Notes under the pieces: generated by a model | Told to the model about the DNA's origin: nothing | The model's input: the letters and a program-made list of their open reading frames with translations, nothing else | The model's database searches: none | Position numbers and translations under genes: made by a program | In this document: one piece after another, positions 55,824 through 64,000 of the stretch | How positions within the stretch are numbered: the stretch's first letter is position 1 | Layout of the letters: each line of letters starts with the position of its first letter | DNA from: Candidatus Micrarchaeota archaeon CG1_02_47_40 | Lineage (GTDB): Archaea; Micrarchaeota; Micrarchaeia; Anstonellales; CG1-02-47-40 | NCBI GenBank assembly: GCA_001871475.1 | Contig: MNVE01000003.1 | Span: forward strand, 6,630 to 70,629 | DNA length: 64,000 nt | Direction of reading: 5' to 3'

Positions 55824-55869
55824 ATTTATCCCTTTGCCCTTCGGGCAAATCTAAAAAACCTAAAGGTTT

Positions 55870-55901
55870 TTTATCAATTGATGTATTTATCAAATGATAA
55901 A
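55870..55901. promoter_or_regulatory. Tandem operator palindromes TTTATCA-N2-TGAT(AA/GT)A
   Basis: tttatcaattgatgta followed directly by tttatcaaatgataaa, upstream of the small wHTH gene. Confidence 0.55.
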
Positions 55902-55922
55902 TTTATAATGCTTTTCTTTTTG

Positions 55923-56903
55923 TCAAGATTGGCTTTTCCTTTTGTTCCCTCCAATCCAGCCAATCCCCTCAACAATGCCAACCGAATCAACCAGTATCAT
56001 CACAAACCTTGTCATCAGCGTGAAAGCAATCGCCTGCGGCAAGCCTATTCCAAACTGCATCAAGACAAACGCAGCCCCTGCCTCGCTAACACCTGCCCCG
56101 GCAATCGTGGGAAGGGGCATGAACTGCAAAAGGGTTATGATTGGCTGCACAAAACCCCAGAATATTATTGGGGCAAACGCAATTTCCGGCTTTACCCCCA
56201 GGCTCATGGCAATGAACCACCACTCAATCGCCTTGAAAATCCAGGTAATGAATATGAGCACGAGTATGTGCGGTGTCAGCGCCGATATAGCATGCGAGTT
56301 CTCCTGCATCTTACCTATCATTTCCAGCGCTTTTCCCCCGAATGGCAGTCTCTCCGCGAAAGAAATCATTCCTAAAAACCTCTGCGAGAAAAGCAGGAGC
56401 GCCATAAAGGCAACCATTCCAAAAAGGCCAAGCAACCCCAGCACGATTCCCGCCCCGGCATTCTCCCCTGCCCCCACAATCACAAATGAAAATAAATACC
56501 AGGCGCCTATTCCGCCTGCAACCAGCTTGTAAATGAAATCAAACATCTGCGGGCCCAATATGGAAACAAGCGCCTCCCCGCTTTTCACTTTATGATTTTT
56601 TGCCAGCACAGCCGCAGTTGCAAAATACCCGCTTCGCGCAGGCGTGAAATCCGATGCGAGCATGCCTGAAAAATGCGAGGTAAGTATCTTTTTGTACTCA
56701 AGCTTCGTTCCCAAATACTCAAGAATCATCTGTATTCTGTAAGCCATCACCGCATTAATTGCAAAATAAAAAACAAGCGCAACCGCAAAATAAGCAAGAT
56801 TTGCCCCTGCAATCACTTCCGCTACCTTTCCGACATCCGCAAAGCTGACAACCGCAGCAAGCACTATCAAGGAAAAAACTATCTGCAGAATGGTTCTTTT
56901 CAT
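55923..56903 (-). CDS. Lysylphosphatidylglycerol-synthase TM/flippase-like protein (UPF0104)
   Basis: Polytopic; FTPARSG, PTIAGAGVSE; start moved to ATG 56903 to avoid overlapping tRNA-His. Confidence 0.85.
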   Translation of the reverse strand: MKRTILQIVFSLIVLAAVVSFADVGKVAEVIAGANLAYFAVALVFYFAINAVMAYRIQMILEYLGTKLEYKKILTSHFSGMLASDFTPARSGYFATAAVLAKNHKVKSGEALVSILGPQMFDFIYKLVAGGIGAWYLFSFVIVGAGENAGAGIVLGLLGLFGMVAFMALLLFSQRFLGMISFAERLPFGGKALEMIGKMQENSHAISALTPHILVLIFITWIFKAIEWWFIAMSLGVKPEIAFAPIIFWGFVQPIITLLQFMPLPTIAGAGVSEAGAAFVLMQFGIGLPQAIAFTLMTRFVMILVDSVGIVEGIGWIGGNKRKSQS

Positions 56904-56929
56904 TTTCTGTCCTCGTGGAGTATTAAAAG

Positions 56930-57073
56930 GGCCACAGCCGAGATTCTCATTTTCATACCCCATTCTTTCTCTTGGGGGGTGAAGACCTTAGGGGGGTGAA
57001 ACCCCCATATGGTTTTGAACTCGGGCTAAGGGCTCCACAGGCCCCTGTGCTACCAGGCTACACCACCGTGGCC
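56930..57073 (-). tRNA. tRNA-His(GTG) with encoded G-1 and 70-nt T-loop intron (probably 59/60)
   Basis: G-GCCACGG/CTGTGGC-C, loop CTGTGGA; TTCA-AA^A ... TGAG-AA^T splice motif. Confidence 0.88.
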
Positions 57074-57174
57074 ACTGGCATTAATTGTAAATTAGAATGC
57101 TTAAAAACACGTATCTCAAAAAGAAGAAAATAAAAGAAATAAAAAAGAAAAAAAGAGAGGGAAAATGTTCCCCC

Positions 57175-57447
57175 TTACTGCACGATTTCCCCGATTGCAA
57201 ACGTGGACTTAAGCTCCTTTATCCTTACCTTTATCTTGTCCCCCTTGTTTGCACCCGTGACGAATATCACGAAACCGTCCTTTTTTGCTATGCCGTCCCC
57301 TTTTGCGGCGATTGCTTCTATTTCAACGTCAATCTCGTCGCCGACTTTTACGGGCTTTGGCATAAATCCCCTGTTCCCTCTTCCTCCAAATCCTCCTCCT
57401 TCATCTCCTCCTCTGCCTCTTCCAAATCCTCCTTCTTCATCTCCCAT
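57175..57447 (-). CDS. Single TRAM-domain protein (RNA chaperone) with Gly/Arg-rich N-terminus
   Basis: PKPVKVGDEIDVEIE..KGDGIAK.DGFVIFV..FAIGE; GGAGG SD. Confidence 0.92.
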   Translation of the reverse strand: MGDEEGGFGRGRGGDEGGGFGGRGNRGFMPKPVKVGDEIDVEIEAIAAKGDGIAKKDGFVIFVTGANKGDKIKVRIKELKSTFAIGEIVQ

Positions 57448-57580
57448 TTTACATACCTCCTTTTTCCAAAAAAAGCCGATCTCTCTTAGCAGTCATTCCC
57501 GCTTTGAAGAATTAGGCTTTCCGTGCCCCCCATTATGCACGGGACTGTTTATAATATTATCCCATTCAAATAAAGGCATT

Positions 57581-59863
57581 ATGGACTCAAGACGGCTCCT
57601 GATTTTTCTTTTGTTCATTGCCTTTTCAATGGCGTGTCCCTACTCCTCAACATCATTCACACTTGGCACTTCCGGCACTATAAACGTGAATACTACTTTC
57701 GACCTGTCAGTCACTGCAGTCAATGACACACAGTATGCGGGCGGTTGCCAAGACACGCTGAACGCAAACAGCTTATCGGTGCTGCTGGCAAGTTCTGGGA
57801 ACCCTCTTTCAAACTACGACATTTCTTCATCTTATTCCAGCACAATTGCAACTGTTACGCTCAAAATCATCTCGCTTGGAACCTACAATATCTCATTTAG
57901 CAGCGCTGGCTGCGAATACGGCCCAATTTCCGCAAGCACAATCCTCTCCATTTACGGGGGAAACTTCTCCGGGCACATCTGGAATCAGACAAGCGGCACC
58001 GCGTTTGCCGGAGCGCAGGTAATCCTCTCAAGCGCAAGCTATGGCACGCAAACCGCTTTCAGCGATGCGGCAGGATTTTACTCCTTCCCGCAAACCCCTT
58101 CCGCTTCGGGCTATACTCTCACCGTAAACGCAAGCGGCTATTTGCAAAATCAGAGCACTTCAATTTCCCTGGCAGAAAACGAGGTCAAAACAACTGATTT
58201 CATACTCTACGCAAACCAAACAAGCACGCCTGCTGCCCAAGTGAACGTCACTCTGACGGGCATCGTTTCCAACTCCTCCACAAGTTCGCCGCTTTCCTCA
58301 ATAACGCTCACCCTGCAGAACTCCTCCGCAAACCTCACAAACTCCACAAACTCAAGCGGTGCATATTCTTTCGGGGGAATTGCAGAAGGTACATACACCC
58401 TCTTCATAACCTCAAGCGGCTTCAACTATTATTCCTCCTCACTGACTCTCTCAAATGGGACAAACAGCTATGACGTTTCGCTCGTGCCCTCAAGCACCGC
58501 AAGCAACGGCACGGTGTATGGGTACATCAGAAACTCCACAAACAACGCCTCAATCACAAATGCGACAGTGAAAATATCAAAAACAAGCTACTCAAACACC
58601 TCAAGCACCTCCTCAAGCGGCTATTATTCCTTTTCGCAGCTTTCAGCAGGCAATTACACAATAGAAATAAACGCCACCAACTTCGTTTCGCGCCTGCTTT
58701 ACTTTGAGATAAAAAATTCCACAAGCGCTGTAGAGTTGAACATTTCCATGTTCACATATGTGATTACGAACCTCGCAAACGGGGTTTCCTGCTCGCTTGA
58801 TTTACAGTGCAGTTCTTTGCACTGCTGTGCCGGCATCTGCACCGAGCTTGCCTGCAACCTCCAGGACGGTTCCGTCTGCTCCGCCGCCTCGGAGTGCCTT
58901 CTGGGCAGCTACTGCTGCAACTCGCATTGCCAGAGCATTCCCTGCGTGCAGACGAATATTCCTGCCGGAGGCTTGTGCAACCAAACCTACCAGTGCATAA
59001 GCGGGCTTACCTGCTGCCAGGGGGCATGCTCGCAAACCTGTGCGCAGGCAGATGAGGCGGTGTTTATTGAAAGAAGCGAAGTGGTGGTGCTCGGCTTCAA
59101 GAGGATTGAGGTAGTGCGCACGCTCGCTTCAAACAAATCGCAGGGAACGAGCAAGATAATCCTTTCCATAACAAACAAGGATGCGGAGGGCATAAATAAT
59201 TTCGAATACCGCGAAACAATTCCCTCCTGGGCGCACACATCAACTTTAGTTGAGTTTGGCACGCGCCCCTTCTCAAACGAAACGCAGGCAAATCAGGAAC
59301 TGTTTGCTTTCTGGCGCTACTCTTCGTTTGCCCCCGGAGAGAAAATAACCCTCTTATACACAATAAACAAATACATGGACAAGCTTGACGGATTCTCCTC
59401 TTTTGCGCAGCGCTACGAGGAGACAGTGGGGCAGTCGGAAAAGGCGGCAAGGCTGATTGCGCCAGCAAGAATAAAGCTCGGGCAGCAGGTAATGATTTCA
59501 GTGAAGGATTTGGCGGGCAACCCCATTGAAAACGCAGGGGTGGCGGTCACTGCGCCAAACTCGGTGCGCACAATCTTAATTACCGATAAGGACGGGATTG
59601 CAAAATACGTCGCCACCATAGAGGGCAATTATTACTACTCACTTGAAGGGTATTCCCTAATAGAATCCGTGAAGAAAACAGAGGCGCTTTCAGATTACTC
59701 CGAACCTGCAAACCTGACAAACGGCACTGCTGCCGGGGAATTCCGCCTCGGCGGGCTTGACAAGATGTCAATAGGCGTCGTTATTCTCGTCCTGCTTTTA
59801 GTCGCGGCGGTGATAGTGCTTGTGCTGATTGCGCTGTTTTACTACATTTATCTGAAAAAATGA
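57581..59863 (+). CDS. Secreted surface protein: carboxypeptidase-regulatory-like repeats, Cys-rich modules, PGF-pre-PGF-like and Ig domains, TM anchor
   Basis: True start ATG 57581 (signal MDSRRLLIFLLF); three G.V...I..A.V..G.YSF..G.YT repeats; three C..C..CC..C modules. Confidence 0.8.
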   Translation: MDSRRLLIFLLFIAFSMACPYSSTSFTLGTSGTINVNTTFDLSVTAVNDTQYAGGCQDTLNANSLSVLLASSGNPLSNYDISSSYSSTIATVTLKIISLGTYNISFSSAGCEYGPISASTILSIYGGNFSGHIWNQTSGTAFAGAQVILSSASYGTQTAFSDAAGFYSFPQTPSASGYTLTVNASGYLQNQSTSISLAENEVKTTDFILYANQTSTPAAQVNVTLTGIVSNSSTSSPLSSITLTLQNSSANLTNSTNSSGAYSFGGIAEGTYTLFITSSGFNYYSSSLTLSNGTNSYDVSLVPSSTASNGTVYGYIRNSTNNASITNATVKISKTSYSNTSSTSSSGYYSFSQLSAGNYTIEINATNFVSRLLYFEIKNSTSAVELNISMFTYVITNLANGVSCSLDLQCSSLHCCAGICTELACNLQDGSVCSAASECLLGSYCCNSHCQSIPCVQTNIPAGGLCNQTYQCISGLTCCQGACSQTCAQADEAVFIERSEVVVLGFKRIEVVRTLASNKSQGTSKIILSITNKDAEGINNFEYRETIPSWAHTSTLVEFGTRPFSNETQANQELFAFWRYSSFAPGEKITLLYTINKYMDKLDGFSSFAQRYEETVGQSEKAARLIAPARIKLGQQVMISVKDLAGNPIENAGVAVTAPNSVRTILITDKDGIAKYVATIEGNYYYSLEGYSLIESVKKTEALSDYSEPANLTNGTAAGEFRLGGLDKMSIGVVILVLLLVAAVIVLVLIALFYYIYLKK

Positions 59864-59916
59864 GAAAAACGCTTCTTGAAAAAGATATAAAGGCTAATCA
59901 TCATAATTTTTCTTAA

Positions 59917-60038
59917 GCTGGGGTCGCATAGCCTGGTCAGTGCGCTGGATTGCTAATCCAGTGCCCGCAAGGGCACGCAGGTTCTCGCAGGCATTGCTTT
60001 TCGGCATTGCATGCGGCCTAAAAATCCTGCCCTCAGCG
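59917..60038 (+). tRNA. tRNA-Ser(GCT) with 37-nt T-loop intron (56/57; 59985-60021)
   Basis: GCTGGGG/CCTCAGC, TTGCTAA loop, long variable arm; BHB AGGT-TC^T CGCA..TGCG GCCT-AA^A. Confidence 0.92.
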
Positions 60039-60075
60039 TTTCTTTTTTTAGATTTCTTTGGAAAACTAGAATGAA

Positions 60076-60338
60076 TGGGATTCACCGGTTTTGCCGCCTT
60101 TTGCAAAGAATGGTGATTTGGGCTTACACTCCGCCTTGTATCTTGCAAGCACAAACAAGGAAAACTTAGGGCTGCTCCTTCCGGCCTGACCCGGTTTGTC
60201 TGCCTGAATGTCCTGCAAGGCAGGGCATCGACGCTTGGGCCCAAGCCATGGATTGCAAAAAACAACGCATCCGGCTTTTCGGTCCTGCCTAAAGGGGATT
60301 TGCAGCAACAAGGGACCCCTGGCCCCCCGACCTATCCC
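60076..60338 (-). ncRNA. ffs: Signal recognition particle (7S/SRP) RNA
   Basis: Helix-8 motif GTCAGGCCGGAAGGAGCAGC; Alu-like 5' GGGATAGGTCGGGGGGCCAGGGGTCCC; terminal GGGAT/ATCCC pairing; upstream TTATAA. Confidence 0.9.
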
Positions 60339-60437
60339 GAAAAATATATTGCGCGTTCCTGCTTTATAAGGCTGTTTTCCCTCCCCCAAAACCGTTATAT
60401 ATATATTGCGCGTTATGCTATGCAAGGGGGTGTTCTC

Positions 60438-61478
60438 ATGGAACAGACGCTATTTTCCGCAGTTGAAAGCCATCCTCAAACTTCCGATTCCGATTCTGAC
60501 AATCCAGCCCCGAGAATACTCGTAGTGGGGGTGGGAGGGGCAGGCTGCAACACAATAAACCGCCTCATAAGAGGAGGGGTTTCCGGAGAAAACCTGATTG
60601 CTATAAACACCGACAAGAAGCACCTTAACATAGTTTCCCCGCAGGCAAGAAGAATACTTATAGGTGCAAGCATAACACGCGGGCTTGGCGCTGGGGGCTT
60701 TCCCCAGATTGCAAGAAAAAGCGCTGAAGTTTCAAGGGGAGAGCTTTCAAAGGCGATTGAAGGAACCGACCTGATTTTCATTACTGCGGGAATGGGAGGG
60801 GGCACGGGCACGGGAGCAGCACCCATAATAGCAGACATTGCAAAGGAGCAGGGCGCTCTCGTTGTTTCATTGGTAACTTACCCTTTCAAGCTTGAAAGAG
60901 CAAGGCTGAAAAAAGCGCAGGAAGGAATAGAAGAGCTGAAGCGCTCCTCGGACACTCTCGTGCTTATAGATAATAACCGCCTCCTTGAATACGCGCCGAA
61001 CCTTCCAATTGAGCGCTCGTTTGAAATCATAGACGAGATAACCTCGCGCGCAGTAAGGGGGATAACAGACACCATCTGCAAGCCCTCTCTTCTTAATCTT
61101 GATTTTGCGGATGTGCGAAGCGTGATGCAGGGAGGAGGAGTTTCCATGATTGCGGTGGGGGAAGGAGCTGGCGTTGAGAGGGTGAATGACGTTGTGAAAA
61201 ATACTATGCACCACCGCTTTCTTGATGTTGATTACGAAGGCGCAAAGGGCGCTCTTTTGCATCTTACCGGCGGGCCCGAACTTACAATTGGGGAAGTGAA
61301 TGAAGTTGGGGAGCGCTTCACCGAAGCGGTTGACCGCAACGCAAACGTGGTTCTGGGCGCACGCCACGACCCTTCATTCAGCGCAAAAATAGAGGCGATA
61401 ACGATTTTCACAGGGATAAAGTCGGATTATATTTTGGGAGGGGAAAGAAAGGAAGGGGGCGAAATCATCCGTATTTAG
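60438..61478 (+). CDS. ftsZ: Cell division protein FtsZ (FtsZ2)
   Basis: GVGGAGCN, GMGGGTGTG, NLDFAD. Confidence 0.96.
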   Translation: MEQTLFSAVESHPQTSDSDSDNPAPRILVVGVGGAGCNTINRLIRGGVSGENLIAINTDKKHLNIVSPQARRILIGASITRGLGAGGFPQIARKSAEVSRGELSKAIEGTDLIFITAGMGGGTGTGAAPIIADIAKEQGALVVSLVTYPFKLERARLKKAQEGIEELKRSSDTLVLIDNNRLLEYAPNLPIERSFEIIDEITSRAVRGITDTICKPSLLNLDFADVRSVMQGGGVSMIAVGEGAGVERVNDVVKNTMHHRFLDVDYEGAKGALLHLTGGPELTIGEVNEVGERFTEAVDRNANVVLGARHDPSFSAKIEAITIFTGIKSDYILGGERKEGGEIIRI

Positions 61479-61768
61479 GATTTTTCTGAAAGAGTTTCCC
61501 TTATCGCCTGCGAAATAATTTCATTTTCCGTCTTTCTTAAAGCTTCGGGCATTCTTTGATTAATAATTCCCATTACTCCTTCAAGAAGCGGATGCTTTTT
61601 CATAATCCTTTGCGCGCCCTCAAAATCGCCAAATCCATTCTTCATCATATGTGCCTGCACAGCGCAGGACAATGCCAATTTCGTCTTTCCTTTTGCAGAT
61701 GCTTTGTCCGCCACTCTAATCAGTCTTATCACTAAAGGTCCCTTATCCATTCCAGGTGTGTTAGCCAT
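61475..61768 (-). CDS. Hypothetical protein
   Basis: 97-aa ORF with GGTGG SD filling the gap between ftsZ2 and truD. Confidence 0.55.
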   Translation of the reverse strand: MANTPGMDKGPLVIRLIRVADKASAKGKTKLALSCAVQAHMMKNGFGDFEGAQRIMKKHPLLEGVMGIINQRMPEALRKTENEIISQAIRETLSEKS

Positions 61769-61802
61769 CCCACCACCCCATAATATTTACCGCGACAAAC
61801 TA

Positions 61803-63020
61803 TTAAACCTTGCTTTCAAGAAACTCCCCCAGTGCAACAGTCGCATACGCACCCTTCTGAAGGGAAAAGGAAAACACTCCTTCCTTAAAAGAGAAATCAA
61901 CCAAAGGCGCAAGCGCGCACCTTTCTCCCCCTTTTGAGGAAAGCGCGGCAAACTTTTTCAGGCGGAAATTTTCAAGTGCAATCCCTTCTCTTTCCAATAC
62001 CTCCTTCTCAATTTCATTCAACTCCTCTTCCTTTGTTTCATACCCAAGCAGTTTGCACACGAGAAAAGAGTCCTTTCCTTCTCTTCCAACTGCCTTCACT
62101 TCCGTATCTGCAAACCCGAACTCATTTTTCCCGCAGTAATGCTCCCCTTCCATTGCAGTAAAATCCCTTCTCTTCACCCTTTCCTCCAGCATCAAATTGA
62201 ATAAATAAGACTGATACGCATGCACAAACATAAGCGAAAGCCCTCTCGGAATCCTCTGCAATGCCCCTACAAAATCGTGCGGCAGGCTTGCAAGGTGCGC
62301 CGCCATCGTCCTTTCATATTTTAAGTGGTGCGGAAATTCCCGCAGAGCTTGCCCATAATTTCCGGTTGCAAGCAGGTTTTTTCTTGCAATAACTGATTTT
62401 TCATCCCTTTCATTTTGCGTGCCGCACAAATACTCCCCCACAGCCCCTTCAAAATCGCCCTTCAGCATCATCTTTCCTACAATATGCGTGTTCTCCCTCA
62501 TTGAGCCGAATCTCTGGGTGCCGAAATAATTCGGAAAAACGCCATCCAGCTCACTGTAAATCTCCTGTACTTTTTCGCCCGTTCCCTCCCCTCCCCCTAT
62601 TTTTACAGTAAATCTATTCCCCTGCAAATCCCCCATCCTAACCTGTTCATCCGCAAGCCACGCCCCGTTTATTTCCATGTCTTTTATGTGCAATGAAAGC
62701 ACTTTTTCCGGCTCAACAGCAAACGCGCTCTCCAACTGCACCGTCATGGCATTCTTATCCTTCACTCCGGCATGCGAGAGCCTTTTAGGGGAGATGTGCA
62801 ATCTTCTTGCAATTTCCATTTCCGCGCCCAAAGTGCTCCAGTCTTTTTTCTGCAATATAAAATGCGTGAATTTTGCGCCAGCGGAGGCAGGAGCTACCGC
62901 TTCCATCTTCTCATCCAGCGTCAATACATTCCCCTCCTTCGTTATCTCCTCCACGAAGAAGTTTGAGGAAGACGGCACAAATCCTATTCCAATCCCATCC
63001 GTTTCTGAAAGATAGCGCAT
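61803..63020 (-). CDS. truD: tRNA pseudouridine(13) synthase TruD
   Basis: FFVEE, AGVKDKNA, GDLQGNRF, PNYFGTQRFG, HAYQSYLFN, KGAYAT. Confidence 0.95.
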   Translation of the reverse strand: MRYLSETDGIGIGFVPSSSNFFVEEITKEGNVLTLDEKMEAVAPASAGAKFTHFILQKKDWSTLGAEMEIARRLHISPKRLSHAGVKDKNAMTVQLESAFAVEPEKVLSLHIKDMEINGAWLADEQVRMGDLQGNRFTVKIGGGEGTGEKVQEIYSELDGVFPNYFGTQRFGSMRENTHIVGKMMLKGDFEGAVGEYLCGTQNERDEKSVIARKNLLATGNYGQALREFPHHLKYERTMAAHLASLPHDFVGALQRIPRGLSLMFVHAYQSYLFNLMLEERVKRRDFTAMEGEHYCGKNEFGFADTEVKAVGREGKDSFLVCKLLGYETKEEELNEIEKEVLEREGIALENFRLKKFAALSSKGGERCALAPLVDFSFKEGVFSFSLQKGAYATVALGEFLESKV

Positions 63021-63103
63021 GCAAATACCCCACATATTTAAATATACTCAATAAGAATAGAGGCACTCCACATATAATATACATTAGGTTTGGTGTTCCG
63101 AAA

Positions 63104-64000
63104 ATGCAATTGATAATATGCGAAAAGCCAAAGGTTGCGCAAACCCTTGCGGAAGCGCTCTCGGAAGGGAAATTGGAAAGAAAGCGCGCCCATGATATCA
63201 ATTACTACCTTCTGGAGCGGAACGGAAAGGAAATAGCAATCGCTTCTGCAGTTGGGCACATATACTCCCTTGAGGAGGCGGGAAAGGGAAAGAGCTACTC
63301 CTATCCTGTATTTGAGGTCGGGTGGAAAAAAGCTTACGAGGTTGATAAGGGAGCGGATTACACAAGGAATTACATAGAGCTTCTGGAAGAGCTTGCGCAA
63401 AAAGCAGACGAGTTCATAGTCGCGTGCGACTACGACATAGAGGGAAGCCTCATAGGGTATAACGTTGTGCGTTTTGCCTGCAATTCAAAGCAGGGAAAAA
63501 GGATGAAGTTCTCCGCACTGACACGCGAGGATTTGATAGAAGCATACGAAAACATGGAGGAGCTTGATTACAAAAACGCGCAGGCAGGGGAGGCGCGCCA
63601 CATGCTTGACTGGTTCTGGGGCATAAACCTAAGCCGCGCGCTCATGGGGGCGCTAAAACGCGCAGGCACATTCAGAATAATGAGCATAGGAAGAGTGCAG
63701 GGTCCGGCGCTTTCCATACTTGCAAAAAAGGAAGATGAAATAAGCGCATTCAAATCCACTCCCTACTGGCAGCTTTTTTTTGAGTCAAAAAAAACCACCT
63801 TCATGCACGAGAGGGAAAAGTTCGAGGTGAAAGAGGAAGCAGTGCGCGCGCTTTCCGCGACAGGAAAGGAAGGGAAAGTAATGCAGATAGAACGAAAGGA
63901 ATATGCGCAAAAGCCGCCATTCCCCTTTGACTTGACCTCACTGCAGGTGGAGGCGCACGGCGCACTTCACATCGACCCTAAAAGGACGCTTGAGCTTGCG
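63104..64000 (+). CDS. topA: DNA topoisomerase I (type IA), 5' part; runs off the window end
   Basis: MQLIICEKPKVA, SAVGH, ACDYDIEG, SIGRVQGPAL, PPFPFDLTSLQ. Confidence 0.95.
   Translation, partial: MQLIICEKPKVAQTLAEALSEGKLERKRAHDINYYLLERNGKEIAIASAVGHIYSLEEAGKGKSYSYPVFEVGWKKAYEVDKGADYTRNYIELLEELAQKADEFIVACDYDIEGSLIGYNVVRFACNSKQGKRMKFSALTREDLIEAYENMEELDYKNAQAGEARHMLDWFWGINLSRALMGALKRAGTFRIMSIGRVQGPALSILAKKEDEISAFKSTPYWQLFFESKKTTFMHEREKFEVKEEAVRALSATGKEGKVMQIERKEYAQKPPFPFDLTSLQVEAHGALHIDPKRTLELA

Noticed and set aside
57203-57580. Pro/Ser-rich N-terminal extension of the 886-aa ORF
   Set aside because: It is the antisense shadow of the TRAM gene; the signal peptide starts at ATG 57581
6289-61478. 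Two ftsZ genes as an unusual feature
   Set aside because: FtsZ1 plus FtsZ2 is normal in Euryarchaeota and DPANN

Overview
Archaeal chromosomal segment, most likely from a DPANN archaeon of the Micrarchaeota type. The archaeal origin is clear (aRF1, Spt5, SecE/Sec61-gamma, NMD3, archaeal TyrS, two FtsZ paralogues, S-layer protein, TATA/BRE promoters, BHB-intron tRNAs); the phylum is an inference. The window holds about 47 CDS, six intron-containing tRNAs and the SRP RNA. There are three AT-richer accessory islets: ~3.7-5.6 kb (AbiE-like pair), ~8.6-13.0 kb, and ~40.5-42.0 kb (PIN pair between tRNAs). Highlights: (1) a 512-aa HTH+LAGLIDADG intein inserted directly after the catalytic GGQ of release factor aRF1; (2) an AbiEii-like nucleotidyltransferase fused to a WYL-like domain, behind two 23-bp operator palindromes; (3) a five-gene VirB4/HerA-ATPase membrane operon preceded by a protease-less Lon-type AAA ATPase, with no relaxase or mobility genes nearby, a candidate undescribed transfer/secretion machine; (4) five tRNAs with T-loop introns, including all three Gly isoacceptors; (5) palindromic elements behind two tRNA-Gly genes whose outer stems copy that tRNA's own 3' end; (6) an orphan ~70-nt structured transcript with its own promoter; (7) a polytopic membrane-anchored double-AAA (Cdc48-like) ATPase. 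All family calls come from motif recognition by eye; no searches were run.
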